Source: Lachnospira sp. UBA3790
Lineage (GTDB): Bacteria > Bacillota > Clostridia > Lachnospirales > Lachnospiraceae
Direction of reading: 5' to 3'
NCBI GenBank assembly: GCA_002369135.1
Contig: DFEY01000002.1
Span: forward strand, 168,601 to 232,600
DNA length: 64,000 bases
The position numbers and the translations under genes were made by a program. The notes beneath the pieces were generated by a model. That model was given only the letters and a program-made list of their open reading frames with translations, had not been told where the DNA came from and did not search any database. This document shows, one piece after another, positions 18,890 through 28,665 of this stretch. Position 1 is the stretch's first letter. Every line of letters starts with the position of its first letter.

Positions 18890-20695
18890 TTATTTCTTTA
18901 CTTTTCTCTTGTACTTAGATTTGAATTTTTCTCCACCGTATTTCCAGATTCTTGTCATCTTGTTTGGTACCTTCTTGTTGTATGTGAATTTCTGGTCATC
19001 ATATCTCTTAAGTTTAAAGTGAATATGACTTGGTGTTACTTCAATCTGTGTTACTCTATTCTTTCTACTGATAACTGTATCGAAGCCCAACTTCTTATTA
19101 TTTTTATCAGTTATGCTGAGACACATGTCACCTTTATACAAAACTTCTTTGATATAAATGCGATAAGTTTTCTTTTTACCCTTAACCTTTCCATGGTGTT
19201 TCCATAGTCCAAGCCAAGTCTTAACCTTGCGATCAAACTTAAGCATCTTATCATTAAGTCTGGCTGCCTTTGGATAACCCTTTGATATCTTACTTAGCAA
19301 GTCGGATGCTGCAGCAATATTTCCCTTTGCCGCGATAGCTTTCGCCTTGTTGTAAATTACTTCGTTTAGGTTCTGTTCTTTTGTAAGTTTTGCAACCTTG
19401 TTGTATACTTCAATACCTTTTTTGTATTTTTCTTTACCAATAAATTGCTTAGCATACTCGTATCCGTACTGTGCATACTGTGCTTGATATGTCTTTGGAT
19501 CTTTTGAGTAAACATTTTGAATAGAGTCCCAAGCATCTTTGTAGTTTCCTTTTACAAAGGACACTTGCGCAAAACCTGCACTGGCTTTGTTTGCCAAGTT
19601 AATATCTGATGCAGAGTCAGCACTCTTTTTAAAGTAGTTATAAGCGTCATCAATTTTATTTTCCTTTAACGCTTCCTCACCTCGATAATAATCTAGGAAT
19701 GAATTAGCTACCTCACCATACTCTGAATTTGAATCAGCATCATAGGCTTTCTGGAAATTCTTTTTAGCCTTTTCCTCGTCACTCTTCTTTAGATAATCTA
19801 GTCCAATATTGTAATAGCACTCTGCTTCATAGTCTTCACTCTTTAAGAATCCATTTAGATCGTCAAACTCTTTAGCAGCCTGCACATACTTTTCGTCTTT
19901 TAATAATTTCTTTGCTTTTCCATATTGAAGATTAGGAATAAAGAATGAAACCACCGATAGTACAATCAAAATAACAACTGCAATTACTACTCCCATTGCT
20001 ATTTTGAATCTCTTCTTAACTAGCACTTCACGTTTCTTAATAGAATCTTCTCTGCTCTTCTTTCTGTCTTCGTTCTGCTTTGCAGCTTCGAACTTTTTGT
20101 AAGCATCATTTAGTCTATCGTCAGAATCTTTGTACCAGTGAATCTTTTCTAAGATACCTATACCCTCAGAGATATGCTCAGAGTCATCTGACTGCACATA
20201 GTTTAGTGCCGCCTTGTAAGCATCCTCATACTCTTTGAGTTTTTCCTCGGCAAATTCCTCAATATCTTCAATGTCGCCCTCTGGTTCTAAGATAGCATCA
20301 GCCTTTTCCCAAACGCGGCCATCTTCAAAGACAACTCTATCCAAGCGAACTTTAAAATCGTTCGCGTCTTTGTTATCGATAGTAAGCTTTGCCACGCCTT
20401 TAGTGGATAAGTACTTCTGACCGAGAGCTTTGTAGGAATGATCAATCTCATCCACATTGCCTTCTAGGTCTTTTGCGATTACTGTTAGATATACATCTCT
20501 GATAGTCTCTGGGAAAATATTAGTAAACTTAAGATTAACTCTGTTCTTGTTGCTTACCTTGTCATTTTCCAAAACACCTTTTTCCACGATGATTGGTGAA
20601 CCATGTGTCCAAAGGTTCTTTTCAAACTCTAGCAGAGTAGTATATCTACCCTCGTCTACTTCTTTCTTTGAATTAGATTCTTTCTTATCACTCAT
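18890..20695 (-). CDS. Single-pass membrane protein with TPR-like repeats (601 aa), function unknown
   Basis: Hydrophobic segment IAMGVVIAVVILIVLSVVSFFI, then helical repeats (AECYYNIGLDYLK...AKKNFQKA) and a basic C-terminus. Confidence 0.75.
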   Translation of the reverse strand: MSDKKESNSKKEVDEGRYTTLLEFEKNLWTHGSPIIVEKGVLENDKVSNKNRVNLKFTNIFPETIRDVYLTVIAKDLEGNVDEIDHSYKALGQKYLSTKGVAKLTIDNKDANDFKVRLDRVVFEDGRVWEKADAILEPEGDIEDIEEFAEEKLKEYEDAYKAALNYVQSDDSEHISEGIGILEKIHWYKDSDDRLNDAYKKFEAAKQNEDRKKSREDSIKKREVLVKKRFKIAMGVVIAVVILIVLSVVSFFIPNLQYGKAKKLLKDEKYVQAAKEFDDLNGFLKSEDYEAECYYNIGLDYLKKSDEEKAKKNFQKAYDADSNSEYGEVANSFLDYYRGEEALKENKIDDAYNYFKKSADSASDINLANKASAGFAQVSFVKGNYKDAWDSIQNVYSKDPKTYQAQYAQYGYEYAKQFIGKEKYKKGIEVYNKVAKLTKEQNLNEVIYNKAKAIAAKGNIAAASDLLSKISKGYPKAARLNDKMLKFDRKVKTWLGLWKHHGKVKGKKKTYRIYIKEVLYKGDMCLSITDKNNKKLGFDTVISRKNRVTQIEVTPSHIHFKLKRYDDQKFTYNKKVPNKMTRIWKYGGEKFKSKYKRKVKK

Positions 20696-20716
20696 TTTCC
20701 TAAACTTCCTTAAAAA

Positions 20717-21880
20717 TTATTTTTTAACTTTTTTGCTCTTCTTAGCACTCCACTTACCGTAAAGTTTTGCGCCGTTAACTTTCTTATAAGCTCTAGCCTT
20801 AACCCAATACTTAGTATTTTTGTCTAGACCTTTAATTGTTAGTTTTACTTTCTTTGTATTCTTCTGCTCGTAACCGTCAAAGGATTTGCTGTCGCACCAT
20901 CTTACCTGGTATCCTGCTACCCCTTTAATCTTTTTAAGTTTTACGATTAGTTTTCTTTTCTTCTTATATTTAAGTGATTTAATCTTTGCCTTTGCCGGCT
21001 TAGATACTGTAGTTGGTTTTACTGTTGGTTTAACTGTAGGCGCTGGAGCTCCATCCTGATAATAACGAACATAGTCTACATTCATTGTTAGAGGAAGTGT
21101 TCCTGAAGGTGGTTCGCCACCAGCTAAGTTTCCGCCTACGGCAAAGTTAAGTAGGATATGATAGTCATCGTTCAATACTGACCTGTCACCATCGCCCACA
21201 TCTGTCGTCTTGAAATAACCATATTCTTTACCATTTAGATAGAAACTAAGTTCTTCTCCATTTCTATAAACACCATATGTGTTCCAACCTGTCTTGTCAT
21301 ATCCTTCTGGATTAGTTTGACTATATTTATAAACATCCGCTCCAGTTGGACTAGGGAAGTGAATAGTTCCCTGTGCGTATGAAGCAATATTAAATGATTC
21401 TTCTATGTCTATCTCACCACAAGCTGGCCATGTTTTTCCATTGTTTCCAAGCATCCAAAATGCTGGCCAAATACCTTGAGCTGAAGGAATCTTCATTCTT
21501 GCTTCAACATAACCAAGACCAACAGATACTTTTGCTTTGTTATTATCTCCGTCCCAAGTTCTAATACGGCCTGATGTATATTTCTTTCCTGCTATGTTTT
21601 CGTTTTTAGCTGTGATAGAAAGCATACCATCGCCCACAGTTACATTCTGAGCTCTGTACCACTGCTTTTCGTTATTGCCCCAGCCTGGAATTCCATACTG
21701 GCTACCATCACCTGTCTGGTATTCCCAGTAGTCCTGGTTTAGTGCATTTCCATTAAATTCATCACTCCATACAATATGCATATTTTTATAATCAATGTTA
21801 GATGGAGTATCTGCCATAACAATCGCACTCATTCCAAGTGTAAATGTTAATGTTGCTACCAATAGTAATAATTTTTTCAT
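20717..21880 (-). CDS. Secreted glycoside hydrolase family 16 (beta-glucanase/laminarinase-like) with Lys-rich FN3-like tail
   Basis: WSDEFNG, WPAFWMLG and catalytic GEIDIEE (ExDxxE) motifs. Start moved to MKKLLLL (ATG 21880, RBS AAGGAGG). Confidence 0.92.
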   Translation of the reverse strand: MKKLLLLVATLTFTLGMSAIVMADTPSNIDYKNMHIVWSDEFNGNALNQDYWEYQTGDGSQYGIPGWGNNEKQWYRAQNVTVGDGMLSITAKNENIAGKKYTSGRIRTWDGDNNKAKVSVGLGYVEARMKIPSAQGIWPAFWMLGNNGKTWPACGEIDIEESFNIASYAQGTIHFPSPTGADVYKYSQTNPEGYDKTGWNTYGVYRNGEELSFYLNGKEYGYFKTTDVGDGDRSVLNDDYHILLNFAVGGNLAGGEPPSGTLPLTMNVDYVRYYQDGAPAPTVKPTVKPTTVSKPAKAKIKSLKYKKKRKLIVKLKKIKGVAGYQVRWCDSKSFDGYEQKNTKKVKLTIKGLDKNTKYWVKARAYKKVNGAKLYGKWSAKKSKKVKK

Positions 21881-21957
21881 ATAGGTGTCCTCCTTGCTTA
21901 AGTCCGTCCTCACAATTTCCTATATATATTGTAAATAACAAAGTTTATGAAAATTTG

Positions 21958-22563
21958 CTATTTATCAAGTTCTTTTTTGATTGCTTCAAAGAAACTGTCG
22001 TAGTCTTCGAAGGCCTCGTACTGTGGATAGTCTTTCTTTAGCTGATCTGTAGTTCTAAACAAAAAGCCTGCCTTACTAGCTAAAATCATATCGATATCAT
22101 TGTAACTATCGCCTGCTGCTATAGTCTCAAATCCCACAGACTGTAGTGCCTTAACCGTTGAAAGCTTAGACTTCTCACATCTCATCTTGTGACTTAGAAT
22201 CTTTCCATCTTCTGCCACCTCTAGTGAATTACAGAAAAGTGTAGGATATCCTAACTTTTTCATAAGTGGCTTTGCAAACTGTGTGAATGTATCACTTATG
22301 ATGATTACCTGCGTGATTTCCTTTAACTTTTCTAGGAATTCTTTGGCGCCGTCTAATGGGTCAATTCCTTCTATTACTTCTTGGATTTCTTTTAATCCAA
22401 GTCCATGTTCATTCAATATATTTATACGGTACTGCATAAGCTTATCATAATCAGGCTCATCTCTAGTTGTGCGCTTAAGTTCCTCAATACCTGTATGCTC
22501 AGCAAAAGTAATCCAGATTTCTGGAACTAATACTCCTTCTAAGTCTAAACATACTACATCCAT
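21958..22563 (-). CDS. thrH: Phosphoserine phosphatase / homoserine phosphotransferase (HAD family)
   Basis: CLDLEGVLVPEIW, TTRDEPDYD.LM..RI and GDSYND motifs. Start moved to ATG 22563 (RBS AGGAG). Confidence 0.9.
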   Translation of the reverse strand: MDVVCLDLEGVLVPEIWITFAEHTGIEELKRTTRDEPDYDKLMQYRINILNEHGLGLKEIQEVIEGIDPLDGAKEFLEKLKEITQVIIISDTFTQFAKPLMKKLGYPTLFCNSLEVAEDGKILSHKMRCEKSKLSTVKALQSVGFETIAAGDSYNDIDMILASKAGFLFRTTDQLKKDYPQYEAFEDYDSFFEAIKKELDK

Positions 22564-22754
22564 TGTTACTCCTATCCGCTTTAAGGTAATTTTGCACAAA
22601 ATTAATACACTTATCTTAAAGCATAAGTCCGTTTTTCTTCTCATATAAATATAACAAAATATGGGGGTTTCTTCAATGTATTCAAAGATGAATTTTTTGT
22701 GTTTTTTGTTCATTTTATATTGATTTATATTTTTTCTAGTTTAAACTAGTTAAT

Positions 22755-25130
22755 ATGCAGAATAATTTTGATCAAGAGATTCTTGATCCAGCTAATTTCA
22801 ATAATGGACTGACTGATGATCAGGTTAGGGACCGCATTAACCGCGGTCTTACAAACGAGCAAGTTGATAGTAATACACGTACAGTAGGCCAGATTGTTGC
22901 CTCTAACGTGTTCACTTACTTTAACTTGGTCTTTGCTGTGCTAGCTGGTCTTCTTATTTTGGTAGGTTCATTTAAGAATTTGACGTTTCTTCCTATTATT
23001 ATAGGAAATACTTTGATTGGTATTGTCCAGGAGCTTCGTTCGAAGAAGGTTTTGGATAAATTAAATATGCTAAATGCTCCGCACACGAAGGCTATTCGAA
23101 ATGGCCGCGAGGTTATGGTGGATTCTGTTAATTTAGTGCAGGATGATGTTGTTGTCTTTGAAGCGGGCAATCAGATACCGGCGGATGCCATTGTTATAGA
23201 AGGAAATGTTTCAGTTAATGAATCTCTCTTAACAGGTGAGGCCGACGAAGTAGCAAAAGCTGAAGGTGATCAGCTTATGTCTGGTTCATTTATCGTGTCT
23301 GGTACATGTAAAGCTAGACTTGATAAGGTGGGCAAGGAATCATACATTTCGCAGCTTACACTCGAGGCTACAAAGACAGAGAAAAAAGAACAGTCAGAGA
23401 TGATTCGTTCTCTAGATAAATTGGTCAAGGGGATTGGTATTGTGCTTATTCCTATCGGCATTATTATGGTTGTTCAGCAGTTCTTCTTCAACGGTGCTAC
23501 TTTCCAGAAGAGTATCGAGGGAATGGTTGCTGCTGTACTTGGTATGATTCCAGAGGGATTGTACCTGCTAGCAAGTATCGCTTTAGTTGTCAGTACTATG
23601 CGCCTTGCAAAGCAAAAGGTATTGCTTCACGATATGAAGTGTATTGAAACTCTAGCCAGAGTCGATGTTTTGTGCGTAGATAAAACTGGTACTATCACTG
23701 TTCCTGATATGGAAGTGAGCGGTTTTAAGCTTATGGAATCCAAAGACAAAGACGAATGCTTCTGGCTTTTGAGCGACTTCTCTTCTTCTATGGCGAACGA
23801 TAATGCCACAATGGATGCCATGAAGAAATACTTCAACGGCAAAGACGTAAAGAAAGCGGATGAGGTGTTCTCATTTTCATCTGCATACAAATATAGCGCT
23901 GCAAAGTTTGGCGAAGACAGCTACGTGCTGGGCGCGCCTGAGTTCATTTTGAAAGAGAAATACGAAGACTATGCAGAGGATATAGAAGAATACACCGACA
24001 AAGGATACCGCGTGGTTGTCTTTGGTAGGTACGATGGCGAGCTGGATGGGCAGGCATTGAAGCAGGCGGTCAATCCACTTTGCTTTGTATTCCTATCAAA
24101 TGCTATTAGAGCCGGAGCTGAAAACACATTTGCATACTTTGCTAGATGTGGTGTAGAACTAAAAGTTATATCTGGAGACAACCCTAGAACTGTTTCCGAG
24201 ATTTCTATAAAAGCAGGAATTGAGCATGCTGACAGATATATCGATGCTTCTACTTTGAAGGATTATGATGATATCTACGAAGCTATCCAAGAGTACACAG
24301 TCTTTGGACGTGTTACTCCTGAGCAAAAGAGATTGTTTGTACAGGCTCTTCAAGAACAAGGACGAACTGTTGCTATGACTGGTGACGGTGTAAACGACGT
24401 GCTTGCTCTTAAAGATGCGGACTGTAGTGTGGCTATGGCCAGCGGTTCAGATGCTGCCAGCAACGTAGCTCAGATTGTACTTTTGGATTCAGACTTTTCA
24501 AGAATGCCTTCTGTAGTACTAGAGGGACGACGCGTTGTAAACAATATTCAGCGCTCTGCTTCTCTATTCTTAGTGAAGAACATCTTCTCACTACTAATGG
24601 CATTGATGGCAATGATTTTTGTTTGGGAATATCCACTAGAGCCATCACAGATTTCTTTGGTGGGCGCATTCACTATCGGTATTCCATCATTTATTTTGGC
24701 GATGGAGCCAAACAAGAATCGAATACGTGGCCATTTCTTGACGAATGTATTCCTTAAGGCTTTGCCGGCGGGACTTACTACATTTATAGTTATGGGTGGT
24801 TTTGTATTCTTCTGCTACGAATTTAAGGTGGGTACTACTAACCTATCATCTGCCTGCACTATCATTATGGCGATTGTTGGATTTATGATCCTTTACAAGA
24901 TTGCATCGCCTATGACAAAGTGGCATGCAGTTTTAATCATCGCTTTAATAATCGGATGTATAGCAACCATGATTATATTTAGAAATCTATTCTCAATGCA
25001 TATGGTTACAGATTATAGAACGATTATGTTGTTTGTAATCTTTGCTATTTGTACAGAGCCAATATTCCGGTACTTGTATCAGTTGTGTAGTTTCATTCAA
25101 AAGAAGGTTTCTAGCAGGTATACAAGATAA
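22755..25130 (+). CDS. Cation-transporting P-type ATPase (CtpE-like)
   Basis: ESLLTGE, IPEGL, DKTGT phosphorylation site, SGDN and TGDGVND motifs. Confidence 0.92.
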   Translation: MQNNFDQEILDPANFNNGLTDDQVRDRINRGLTNEQVDSNTRTVGQIVASNVFTYFNLVFAVLAGLLILVGSFKNLTFLPIIIGNTLIGIVQELRSKKVLDKLNMLNAPHTKAIRNGREVMVDSVNLVQDDVVVFEAGNQIPADAIVIEGNVSVNESLLTGEADEVAKAEGDQLMSGSFIVSGTCKARLDKVGKESYISQLTLEATKTEKKEQSEMIRSLDKLVKGIGIVLIPIGIIMVVQQFFFNGATFQKSIEGMVAAVLGMIPEGLYLLASIALVVSTMRLAKQKVLLHDMKCIETLARVDVLCVDKTGTITVPDMEVSGFKLMESKDKDECFWLLSDFSSSMANDNATMDAMKKYFNGKDVKKADEVFSFSSAYKYSAAKFGEDSYVLGAPEFILKEKYEDYAEDIEEYTDKGYRVVVFGRYDGELDGQALKQAVNPLCFVFLSNAIRAGAENTFAYFARCGVELKVISGDNPRTVSEISIKAGIEHADRYIDASTLKDYDDIYEAIQEYTVFGRVTPEQKRLFVQALQEQGRTVAMTGDGVNDVLALKDADCSVAMASGSDAASNVAQIVLLDSDFSRMPSVVLEGRRVVNNIQRSASLFLVKNIFSLLMALMAMIFVWEYPLEPSQISLVGAFTIGIPSFILAMEPNKNRIRGHFLTNVFLKALPAGLTTFIVMGGFVFFCYEFKVGTTNLSSACTIIMAIVGFMILYKIASPMTKWHAVLIIALIIGCIATMIIFRNLFSMHMVTDYRTIMLFVIFAICTEPIFRYLYQLCSFIQKKVSSRYTR

Positions 25131-25138
25131 TATTTTAT

Positions 25139-25168
25139 TTGACAATACTCTTAGATTTGTGATATAAA
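25139..25168 (+). promoter_or_regulatory. Sigma-A-type promoter for tRNA-Trp
   Basis: TTGACA (25139-44), 18-nt spacer, extended -10 TGa-TATAAA. Confidence 0.6.
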
Positions 25169-25190
25169 TATCTAGTGCGTTTTAACGCTT

Positions 25191-25261
25191 AGGGGCGTAG
25201 TTCATCGGTAGAATAAGAGTCTCCAAAACTCCAGAGGTGGGTTCGATTCCTACCGCCCCTG
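25191..25261 (+). tRNA. tRNA-Trp(CCA), CCA end not encoded
   Basis: Cloverleaf AGGGGCG/CGCCCCT, D-stem GTTC/GAAT, anticodon loop CTCCAAA, T-loop TTCGATT, discriminator G. Positions 27/43 are an A-C mismatch. Confidence 0.93.
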
Positions 25262-25265
25262 CTAT

Positions 25266-25298
25266 AAAGAAGTTATCGAAAAGATAGCTTCTTTTTTT
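25266..25298 (+). terminator. Intrinsic terminator after tRNA-Trp
   Basis: AAAGAAGTTATC-GAAAA-GATAGCTTCTTT followed by TTTT. Confidence 0.8.
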
Positions 25299-25299
25299 A

Positions 25300-25357
25300 T
25301 TAAAAGAAAAAGCAGTGTACTCACTTGAATCGTTCGTACATCTGCTTTTTCTTTTAA
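25300..25357. terminator. Long inverted repeat, likely radA/bidirectional terminator
   Basis: TTAAAAGAAAAAGCAG-TGTAC ... GTACA-t-CTGCTTTTTCTTTTAA with loop TCACTTGAATCGTTC. Confidence 0.7.
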
Positions 25358-25369
25358 AATTAAATAATA

Positions 25370-26719
25370 CTATATTTGCTCGCTTGCTTCTTTTATATCA
25401 TTAACGCCAATCAATTCTATGTCATTTTCTCTTATATTCTTCAAAGATACGGCTGGCATTATCACTTTCTTAAAGCCTAGCTTTTTGGCCTCAGCCACAC
25501 GCTGCTCTGCCTGAGAGATTGCTCTAACCTCTCCAGCCAATCCAACCTCGCCAAAGACTATGGTGTCTGGACTTATCACTCTATTTTTAAAACTACTGAT
25601 AAATGCCATTACAAGAGCAAGGTCAAGCGCCGGTTCCGTAACCTTCATTCCACCTGCTATGTTTACATACGCATCGTAGTCTGCCATTTGAAGTCCAATT
25701 CGCTTTTCGATAACAGCCATAAGCAAGTTTACTCTGTTGTAATCTGTGCCCACTGCTGTTCTTCTTGGCTGTCCAAAGTTTGTGCGAGAAAGTAGTGCTT
25801 GTATTTCAACAAGCATTGGTCTGGTGCCTTCCATCAAGCATGCAACCACTGTACCTGATGCATCTTTTGCCCTACCTTCTAGCATATATTCAGATGGATT
25901 AAGAACTTGATTAAGCCCATTGTTTCTCATCTCAAAAACGCCTATCTCATTAGTTGAACCGAAACGGTTTTTTACTCCGCGTATAATCCTATAAACCGCC
26001 TGTTTGTCTCCCTCAAAGTACAAAACAGTATCTACCATATGCTCTAGCATTCTAGGACCTGCCACAGTACCTTCTTTAGTCACATGTCCTACTATAAAAA
26101 TAGGAATATTCTCTCCCTTAGCTAGTTGCATCAAAGAATTAGTAGACTCGCGCACCTGTCCTACGCTACCTGGCGCTGTACCTATATCTTCACGATACAT
26201 AGTCTGGATAGAATCAACTACCACTGCATCTGGCTTTTGATCAAGCACTGTTGCTTCGATAATTTCAAGATTAGTTTCAGATAATAGTTTTAAACTGTCA
26301 CTGAAATCTCCCATTCTGTTTGCGCGAAGTCTAATCTGCTTCAAAGACTCCTCACCTGAGATATATAAAACACTTAGTCCACTGTTTGCCATGTTTTGGC
26401 ACACCTGCAAAAGAAGTGTGGACTTTCCAATACCTGGATCTCCACCTACTAGCACTAAACCACCTGGCACTATTCCACCGCCCAACACGCGGTCAAGCTC
26501 ACTAAAGCCTGTGGTGATTCTCTCCTCGTCCTTTGCAGTTACCTGATTAATAGCAACTGGATCGTTTACTAATAAATTTTTGTGAGCGTGTACCTTCTTT
26601 TTAGAACTAGGTGCCTCCGCGCAAGTTCCACCCGCATGACATGCAGGACAAACGCCAAACCAAGTGGTCTGCTCGTTGCCACACTCTGTACAATAAAATA
26701 AGTTTTTCTCTTTGGCCAT
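25370..26719 (-). CDS. radA: DNA repair protein RadA/Sms
   Basis: N-terminal CxxC...CxxC, GGDPGIGKSTLLLQ and KNRFG motifs, Lon-like C-terminus. Confidence 0.96.
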   Translation of the reverse strand: MAKEKNLFYCTECGNEQTTWFGVCPACHAGGTCAEAPSSKKKVHAHKNLLVNDPVAINQVTAKDEERITTGFSELDRVLGGGIVPGGLVLVGGDPGIGKSTLLLQVCQNMANSGLSVLYISGEESLKQIRLRANRMGDFSDSLKLLSETNLEIIEATVLDQKPDAVVVDSIQTMYREDIGTAPGSVGQVRESTNSLMQLAKGENIPIFIVGHVTKEGTVAGPRMLEHMVDTVLYFEGDKQAVYRIIRGVKNRFGSTNEIGVFEMRNNGLNQVLNPSEYMLEGRAKDASGTVVACLMEGTRPMLVEIQALLSRTNFGQPRRTAVGTDYNRVNLLMAVIEKRIGLQMADYDAYVNIAGGMKVTEPALDLALVMAFISSFKNRVISPDTIVFGEVGLAGEVRAISQAEQRVAEAKKLGFKKVIMPAVSLKNIRENDIELIGVNDIKEASEQI

Positions 26720-26797
26720 ATATTTACCCCTTTAAAAGATACGAATTGCACATTTAAAATGTGCAATCCGTTTTAATGTTTATTAATTTTTAAAAGA

Positions 26798-28639
26798 TTA
26801 GTCTAAATCGATAAATTCAAAATCGTTGTCTTCATCTAGTTCGTCGTCTTCGTCATCTGATTGAAGCATTGATTTAAGTGTGCTCTTCAAATCTTCTGGT
26901 TCATTCAAACTATCAACATCAATCTCCGAAGTATCAACAATTTCTCTCTTGTCTGCCAAGTTCTCAATCGGATCAGCTAGTTCTGGTCCATCATCTTCTG
27001 TTATATCCACTAGTACTTCATCCTCTGAGTGTATTTCTCCACCGTAGAAACCTTCAGTAGACTCTTTGTCTGTGCCAAATGTTGGCTCATCGCCATATCC
27101 TTCGTGGCGCTTACTAAAGTCTCTCTTCTTCTTGTGAGTTTCTTCCACTGGCTCTTGTACTGGAGTATCTACCACTGGCTCCTGCGCTGGAGTCTCTACT
27201 ACTGGAGTTTCCACTACTGGTGTGTCTACTACTGGAGTAGCTTCCACTTTATTATCTATAAAGTCTTCAGCAGGCTCGATTTGTATTTCGTCTGCATCCA
27301 CCTCGATATTCTCATCTGGAACATCATCAATATCGTCATCGTCCAAATTCAAAATATCATCTTCTGTTTCCACTGCATCGATATCATCTTCATCTGGTGT
27401 ATCTAGTGGAATTGCATCAATGTCATCTTCATCCGTAGGTACAGCGTCTATATCATTCTCATCTGGCTCTTCTTTGTCTGCCTTCTTATCCTTATTAGCC
27501 TTCTTATCTTCACCCATACCGGCTGTCACAAATTCCTCAGCCTTAATTTTCTTTTCTTTCTTATTAAGTTTGCTGTGAATTAGTAAGAAGATTAGGATAA
27601 TAATTAACACTGCCATTCCGATAATGATGTAACGGAAAATATTGTACTTCTTAGTCAAAGCATTCTTTCTATCCTTCATATTATCATATGCTTGGTTAGC
27701 AGCTTCAATCTGACTGTTAACATCATTATCAATTAAGTATCTTTGCATACATTTTTCAATGTCATCATATGTATATAGAGATGTCTCACCATCCCAGTTC
27801 ATAGCATAAACAAAGAACATTTCCTTCTCATCATCAAGAATCCATGCTTTTACTTTTTGACCATCAATCTTGATTGTTTTCTTTTCGTAGTTTTTCAAGA
27901 TGTCATCTGGGTTCTCTGGTTCTACGATAGTGTACATTCTACTTTTTACTTTGACATTGTTCATTATGTAGAACTTTTTAGCGTCTCTATCGTAAATGCA
28001 GAATCCTTCTCCGTCTGGACCAGTTAGGTAGAATGCTGTTAAGTCTTTTTCTTTACCTTTAATAGCATCGTACTTTTTGCCATTGTAGCTGGCTGTAGTC
28101 TTTACGAATCCTCTAGGAATATCTTTTTTAGAGAAAGAAGTAATTTTATACTCCTTGCCATTCATTTCGACTTTTGCAGATTTCTTGCTCACTTTCTTCT
28201 TTTCAGGAGAAGATGATTTTTTTGCAGCCTTGCCACCTTCTTTGTACTGTGAATCTTCTGCTGGTGTGCACTTCTTAGTCTTTAATGTGTAAACCTGCTT
28301 TGCACCGTTGGTTGCAGTAACTGTTACTGTAGTTTTGTTCTTTCCAGTATCCATTCTTGTGTTTACTGCTTCCTTATCTACAACTGCTGTAGACGCAGGA
28401 TTGTTTGTTGTAACCAAGATTTCAATTCTCACACAGTTTGATTTAACGATGAAATCATACTTGTAAGTAGTTGGTTTAAAATTGAACTTTAATTGCTTCT
28501 TTGCTCCCGCTGTGTCAACACTATACACTTGCATAGATTTCAAGTCTGTATCGCTGGCAGCCTTTACTGAAACTTGAGCTGATGCGAATACAAATGTAAG
28601 TGCTATCATCGCAATTAGTAATCTCTTTAGACTTTTCAT
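26798..28639 (-). CDS. Membrane protein with extracellular cadherin-like beta-sandwich region and long acidic cytoplasmic tail
   Basis: Signal peptide, F.P.T..Y...V...V.V.A..G....Y.L cadherin-like pattern, TM YIIIGMAVLIIILIFLLI, D/E-rich tail with TPVV(D/E) repeats. Confidence 0.7.
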   Translation of the reverse strand: MKSLKRLLIAMIALTFVFASAQVSVKAASDTDLKSMQVYSVDTAGAKKQLKFNFKPTTYKYDFIVKSNCVRIEILVTTNNPASTAVVDKEAVNTRMDTGKNKTTVTVTATNGAKQVYTLKTKKCTPAEDSQYKEGGKAAKKSSSPEKKKVSKKSAKVEMNGKEYKITSFSKKDIPRGFVKTTASYNGKKYDAIKGKEKDLTAFYLTGPDGEGFCIYDRDAKKFYIMNNVKVKSRMYTIVEPENPDDILKNYEKKTIKIDGQKVKAWILDDEKEMFFVYAMNWDGETSLYTYDDIEKCMQRYLIDNDVNSQIEAANQAYDNMKDRKNALTKKYNIFRYIIIGMAVLIIILIFLLIHSKLNKKEKKIKAEEFVTAGMGEDKKANKDKKADKEEPDENDIDAVPTDEDDIDAIPLDTPDEDDIDAVETEDDILNLDDDDIDDVPDENIEVDADEIQIEPAEDFIDNKVEATPVVDTPVVETPVVETPAQEPVVDTPVQEPVEETHKKKRDFSKRHEGYGDEPTFGTDKESTEGFYGGEIHSEDEVLVDITEDDGPELADPIENLADKREIVDTSEIDVDSLNEPEDLKSTLKSMLQSDDEDDELDEDNDFEFIDLD

Positions 28640-28665
28640 TTTAAATGATCTCCTTTATCTGAATT

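Noticed and set aside
25191-25360. tRNA-Trp as the integration site of a genomic island
   Set aside because: No integrase, no duplicated tRNA 3' end, and the flanks are housekeeping genes (P-type ATPase, radA).
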